A DNA stretch of 64,000 nucleotides from Pseudovirgaria hyperparasitica (taxonomy: Eukaryota). Below the pieces are notes generated by a model that worked only from the letters and a program-made list of their open reading frames with translations, made no database searches and was not told the origin of the DNA. The translations under genes were made by a program, and so were the position numbers. The first letter of the stretch is position 1. Each line of letters starts with the position of its first letter. Below are positions 60,060 to 64,000 of this stretch, one piece after another. The stretch lies in assembly GCA_010093815.1 (NCBI GenBank), contig ML996574.1, one strand, 5' to 3'.

Positions 60060-61055
60060 GCCCACAACCCACCACCACCACCTCAACACGTCACACCCCC
60101 GAACGAACTTAACCGACGCTCCTCCAACGACCAGAAGGTAAATTATTGGGCATGTAGCGAGGAAGGCGGATTGGGGCGCTGCCAGGTGGGTGTAGAGGCC
60201 TCTAGGTAGTGCCTCTACAGCCCACCTTCAGCTGTATCATCAAGATCCCAGTTGGGATATCACCGCCGCGGGGGCACCACTGGTAGCAGAAATGAAAATT
60301 TACGTTCGTGCTGCCCAAAAAGTATCTCCGCTATCCTGATATTGTGAAATGGTCACTGTTCGTGCTGCAGTGAAAAATTCACAACAAGTCAATCCTCAAA
60401 TAATCCTAATTTCTCGTTCGAGTTGAGGTATTTCTAGGCTGATAAGTAGGCATAAATATTCGTATAAGGTTGGCGTTTCGGCGTCTTAACCTGTCAGATT
60501 ACCTTGATTCTGTCACCCATTCTCGTATCTCGCCATCGCTTTCCACTTCGACAGCTTCAGATTCGATACCGTACGGATTAAACATTATACGAGTTGACCT
60601 CGTCATATCATTATCTTCGTCTAGTATTGGAAGTCTAGCCATTTTGGCCCGTGGGACAAGCGTGAGTATTCATCTCATGTTTGACAACAAGCAGTTCCGA
60701 ACCGGTGGGCAACGTTCGATAGAAATATCCACGTAGAGATAAAGTGGTTATACGATGTTGGCTAAGTTGAAGTATCAGTATCTAGTCCAGGATCAACCAG
60801 TTCGGGCCTGGTATGCAGTTTGATGACTCCGTATCATGAAGCTGAAGAGTGGATGAGACACGATGACATTCATAAGATCTTCAAAATAAGCTACACAACC
60901 ATACATCGTAAGAGACTCTCTACACGCCAGAACCCCAACTATCCGTACAACCATAACGCACAGCAATGCAAAATATCCCCAAATCACCACCTCACAAGTC
61001 AGCCCCCTCACACTATCCACACTCACACCAAGCCCAGCCAACAAGTTCCAGCCAC

Positions 61056-61866
61056 CTAATAAGGCGGCGGCTGCGGAATCGGCCCACTCGTCCTCGGAAA
61101 CTGCGGCGCGGCCATCTCGACACTACTCGCATCCTGCCACTCCGCATCCTTAGTCTGCTTACGCTTAGCCAGCTGTTCGGCGATCCAGCCGACGACAGTC
61201 AGAGCGACCGTGATCCCCTGGAGCAAGAAGATCACGAGCGTAGTATACAGGGCGAATTTCTGCAAGAATTTTAGTCATTGAGCACGAGAAGGCGGAAGCA
61301 GGGGGGCCGGGAGGGCTACATACGCTTTCAGTGCACAACTTCGGGAAAGCGGCGTTGCTGATGTCGCTTGGCGCCTTGACGCTGACGCTGTCGTCTCGGG
61401 CGCCGAATTTGCATGTCCATGTCTGGATGGTGTCGACGTCGGGGGAATTGTGGTTGAGCACGTGGGCAAGGGCGACGGCGCTGATAGTGAGGAATGCGGA
61501 GGGCAGGACGGTGCAGAGTGTGATGAAAGCGCGGAATGTTGGGCGAGTGGCGAGGTTGAACTGGTGCCATGTGAGCATATATTCTCCCCTTTGTTTTATG
61601 TCTCCAAGACGTACGTTTGGAAGAAAGGAAATGACCAGATAGACGGCGTTCAGGAGCATAACGACCACGGCGGATCCGAGAAGCATCTTTGTGCCATTGA
61701 CGTCGAAGTGGTCGCTCCATAGTGGCGCCCACCATGGATTGAACTCATGTTGCTTGTTGAATACGCTGAGAGTGTGTGCGGAAGTGCCGAGAACAGCGAT
61801 TGCAAAGACGAGTGTGAGGCCAGTCAGAACCAGCTGTGCAATGCGAAAATACGATGTGTTCATCAT
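61056..61866 (-). CDS. Four-TM (MARVEL-like) membrane protein, ~230 aa, 3 exons
   Basis: Exons 61866-61615, 61560-61324, 61259-61056 with canonical sites. Four hydrophobic helices, TIQTWTC...F.KLC.ES loop, C-terminal PPPY. Confidence 0.78.
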
Positions 61867-62986
61867 GATTGATGTTGGAGATAGACGATCAGAGAATGCT
61901 GAAGGAGAGATAAATATCAAATATGTATATTGAATGAATGAAGTTAGACCCTTGAAGAGAGCTGTTCGAGGGAGAAGGGGAAGATAGAGACCAAACACCA
62001 GTTTAATAGTCCACGTCTATTCTTACAACGAACGAAGTTTGAATACAACTGCGGCAACTGTGACTTTAAACACCAAGCAGCCCATGGTTTCCGGATATTT
62101 GAAGTAGCATAGCAGCAGTGACCACACCCACTCTCCAAAAATACCTCCCAGTCCCTGTCGATACCTATCTTATGAGCGCGTAGAGGTATCGAAAAACCCG
62201 ACGATCCCTTTAGCAGATGCCAGGATCTATCCGCCGTCAAGTAGCTGCCAGGCACAGCGCCATACGAAAGTCCATGATTCCCACACACGAGAAGCAGGAT
62301 CAAGGCGCTAATTTCCGTAGTCCTGCATAGATGCCTCAAGGCCTGCGAGAGGGCCTGCGGATAGAACAGCGCAACTTCGAATCAGAAGATGTACTCTCCA
62401 CGACAGGTGGTCGAGAAACGGGTGACGGCTCGAGCCTTGCAGCATGACACACAAAGGCAGACGAATACGGAGGTAGATTCAACCGCTGGCTGTTTTTAGA
62501 ATCCTTGTCCCGCATGCTTGCCGAAACGCTGCAGGGCTGCAGGTACTTGCAAAGCTGGTTTGCGGCGCAGTGATAGGTTCATGAGCTCTAAGCGCCCAGA
62601 ACGCGCTAAGGCCGCGATGCTTCAAACGACTCCTCTCGAAATCTGGCCTTCGAGATGCACATGAACCACTCAAATCCTGTCGAACCATTCGCGGGAAAAA
62701 TCAAATCGTGACTCTATGCCGTCGCCGAGTGGATCTCACGATTCACTTCGACTTCTTCTGATGACCTTCGCTTATGCATCACAGCGGTCATCCCTGGCGA
62801 GCGTCGCCATGGCTACACGGAGAACATCTTCGTTCTACGATCGGTGCAAGTAGCAGAAGGATATTGGCGCTCGTGAAAACTTGGTACTCTTGATGCAGTC
62901 CTCAAACTCTGGCATACAAAATGAAAGACCACCTGAGCGTATGTGTAGTGGCCCATACCATTATACGATAATCTTGCAGGTCACCT

Positions 62987-63790
62987 TTAGCACAACTGAT
63001 TCGCCAGGCCCCCGGTTGAAATCCATCTCTTCTCCTTCAAGGACTCTTTACCTTTTCTTCTCTTGGCTACCTGGAGAGGGTGCTCTCTTTCCCATCTTTC
63101 GTCTGCCTTATATGCGTCGATTGCAATTTCGAGATCATATTCAGCCTGTTGTAGATACAGAAGAGCGACATCGTATTCGGCGACCTTACAGGCAACCATC
63201 CATTTCCGAACTTTGCTCTTTCGTAGTTCCTCTTCTTCGCCATGAATGGGGCGCGGACTCAGGCTCACCCCACCTTTGTAGAATTCACCAGGTATGAGGA
63301 CAGCTCTTCGGGCTGGTAGTAGATGATCAGTGAAAACGCTGTTCTTCCTCCTCAGAGCCTCAGCTGGGACTCCATATCTGAGCGATAACGACGCTATGGT
63401 ATCTCTATCGTGGTCTACAAAATGTAACACATCATCTGCAGGACTATCGCCCTTCCAGACCTTCTTTCCAGATACATCCATGACATTCTCCCCTTCCGAA
63501 TACGGAGGTGGCTGTTCTTCAGAATCATATCTTGGGTTGGGGAGTGATGGTGGCGAGTAGGCAGGTGGATCGCGCAGGCCTTGTGGGAGAATAGATGGAC
63601 CGGTAGTAACTTGACAGAAAGGACAGTACGATGCGAATCTTGGGTTATCCGTTATGCATCGCACGCAAATGATACGCGTGCAGCACTGTAATCGCCGTTC
63701 GAACTGAGCGGGCTTCTCCGTCTTCTCATCATAACTTGGCGGGATAGTTGACAGCAAGGACGCGCAGGTGCAGCAGACTTCTGGATTCAT
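62987..63790 (-). CDS. Intracellular LysM-domain protein with N-terminal RING-like Cys cluster, 267 aa
   Basis: No signal peptide. CCTC...CC.RIIC..C...YCPFC, LysM-like HFV...DTIASLSLRYGV...LRRKN......L..R..VLIP, and a UBA-like C-terminal helix set. Confidence 0.8.
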   Translation of the reverse strand: MNPEVCCTCASLLSTIPPSYDEKTEKPAQFERRLQCCTRIICVRCITDNPRFASYCPFCQVTTGPSILPQGLRDPPAYSPPSLPNPRYDSEEQPPPYSEGENVMDVSGKKVWKGDSPADDVLHFVDHDRDTIASLSLRYGVPAEALRRKNSVFTDHLLPARRAVLIPGEFYKGGVSLSPRPIHGEEEELRKSKVRKWMVACKVAEYDVALLYLQQAEYDLEIAIDAYKADERWEREHPLQVAKRRKGKESLKEKRWISTGGLANQLC

Positions 63791-64000
63791 GTTGAAAGTC
63801 TTGCTGAGGATTTGAGTGGGAGTAAGTACTAGGGGCAGAGTAATATAGGAAGGTAGAGAGCATCTGCACTTCGGACGCCATAAGCCCTGATCATCACTTC
63901 GTTTATGTCATTGAAACGATGCGTCGGCTGGTCGGCGTTTGGATGTGGAGAGTCCGCACCTACCTGGTGATGCCAAGACTTCTGGCCGAAGTGGGCCCAC

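Noticed and set aside
1..64000. tRNA, rRNA, CRISPR arrays or a secondary-metabolite backbone gene
   Set aside because: No cloverleaf, rRNA, repeat-spacer or PKS/NRPS signatures seen by eye. A covariance-model scan would be needed to exclude small RNAs.

Overview
Eukaryotic DNA from a filamentous ascomycete (Pezizomycotina; short GT-AG introns with CTRAC/CTAAT branch points, TpA-rich RIP-like patches; a Dothideomycete is my guess). I can support about 20 protein-coding genes by manual splicing. Most are ordinary conserved genes: adenine deaminase, a Pib2-like FYVE protein, Osh1/Osh2-type oxysterol-binding protein, Pus7, Lhs1, sideroflexin Fsf1, a nitrilase, an amino-acid permease, a Zn2Cys6 transcription factor, Mss51, Rse1, Ssh4, a Dal5-family MFS permease, Swc5, Lsm7 and an intracellular LysM protein. 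The left third (1-22.9 kb) is gene-poor and accessory-like. It holds a 628-bp non-autonomous hAT-type element with 15-bp TIRs and an 8-bp TSD, decayed gene relics, a microsatellite-flanked assembly gap, and two tandem APH-like phosphotransferases around a RIP-like patch that seems to contain a mutated small secreted protein gene. The best non-coding finds are an intronic box C/D snoRNA in RSE1 (snR41/SNORD62-type 18S guide) and hairpins in the LSM7 intron and 3' region. I found no evidence for a large, clearly novel multi-gene system. All gene names come from motif recognition, not database searches.
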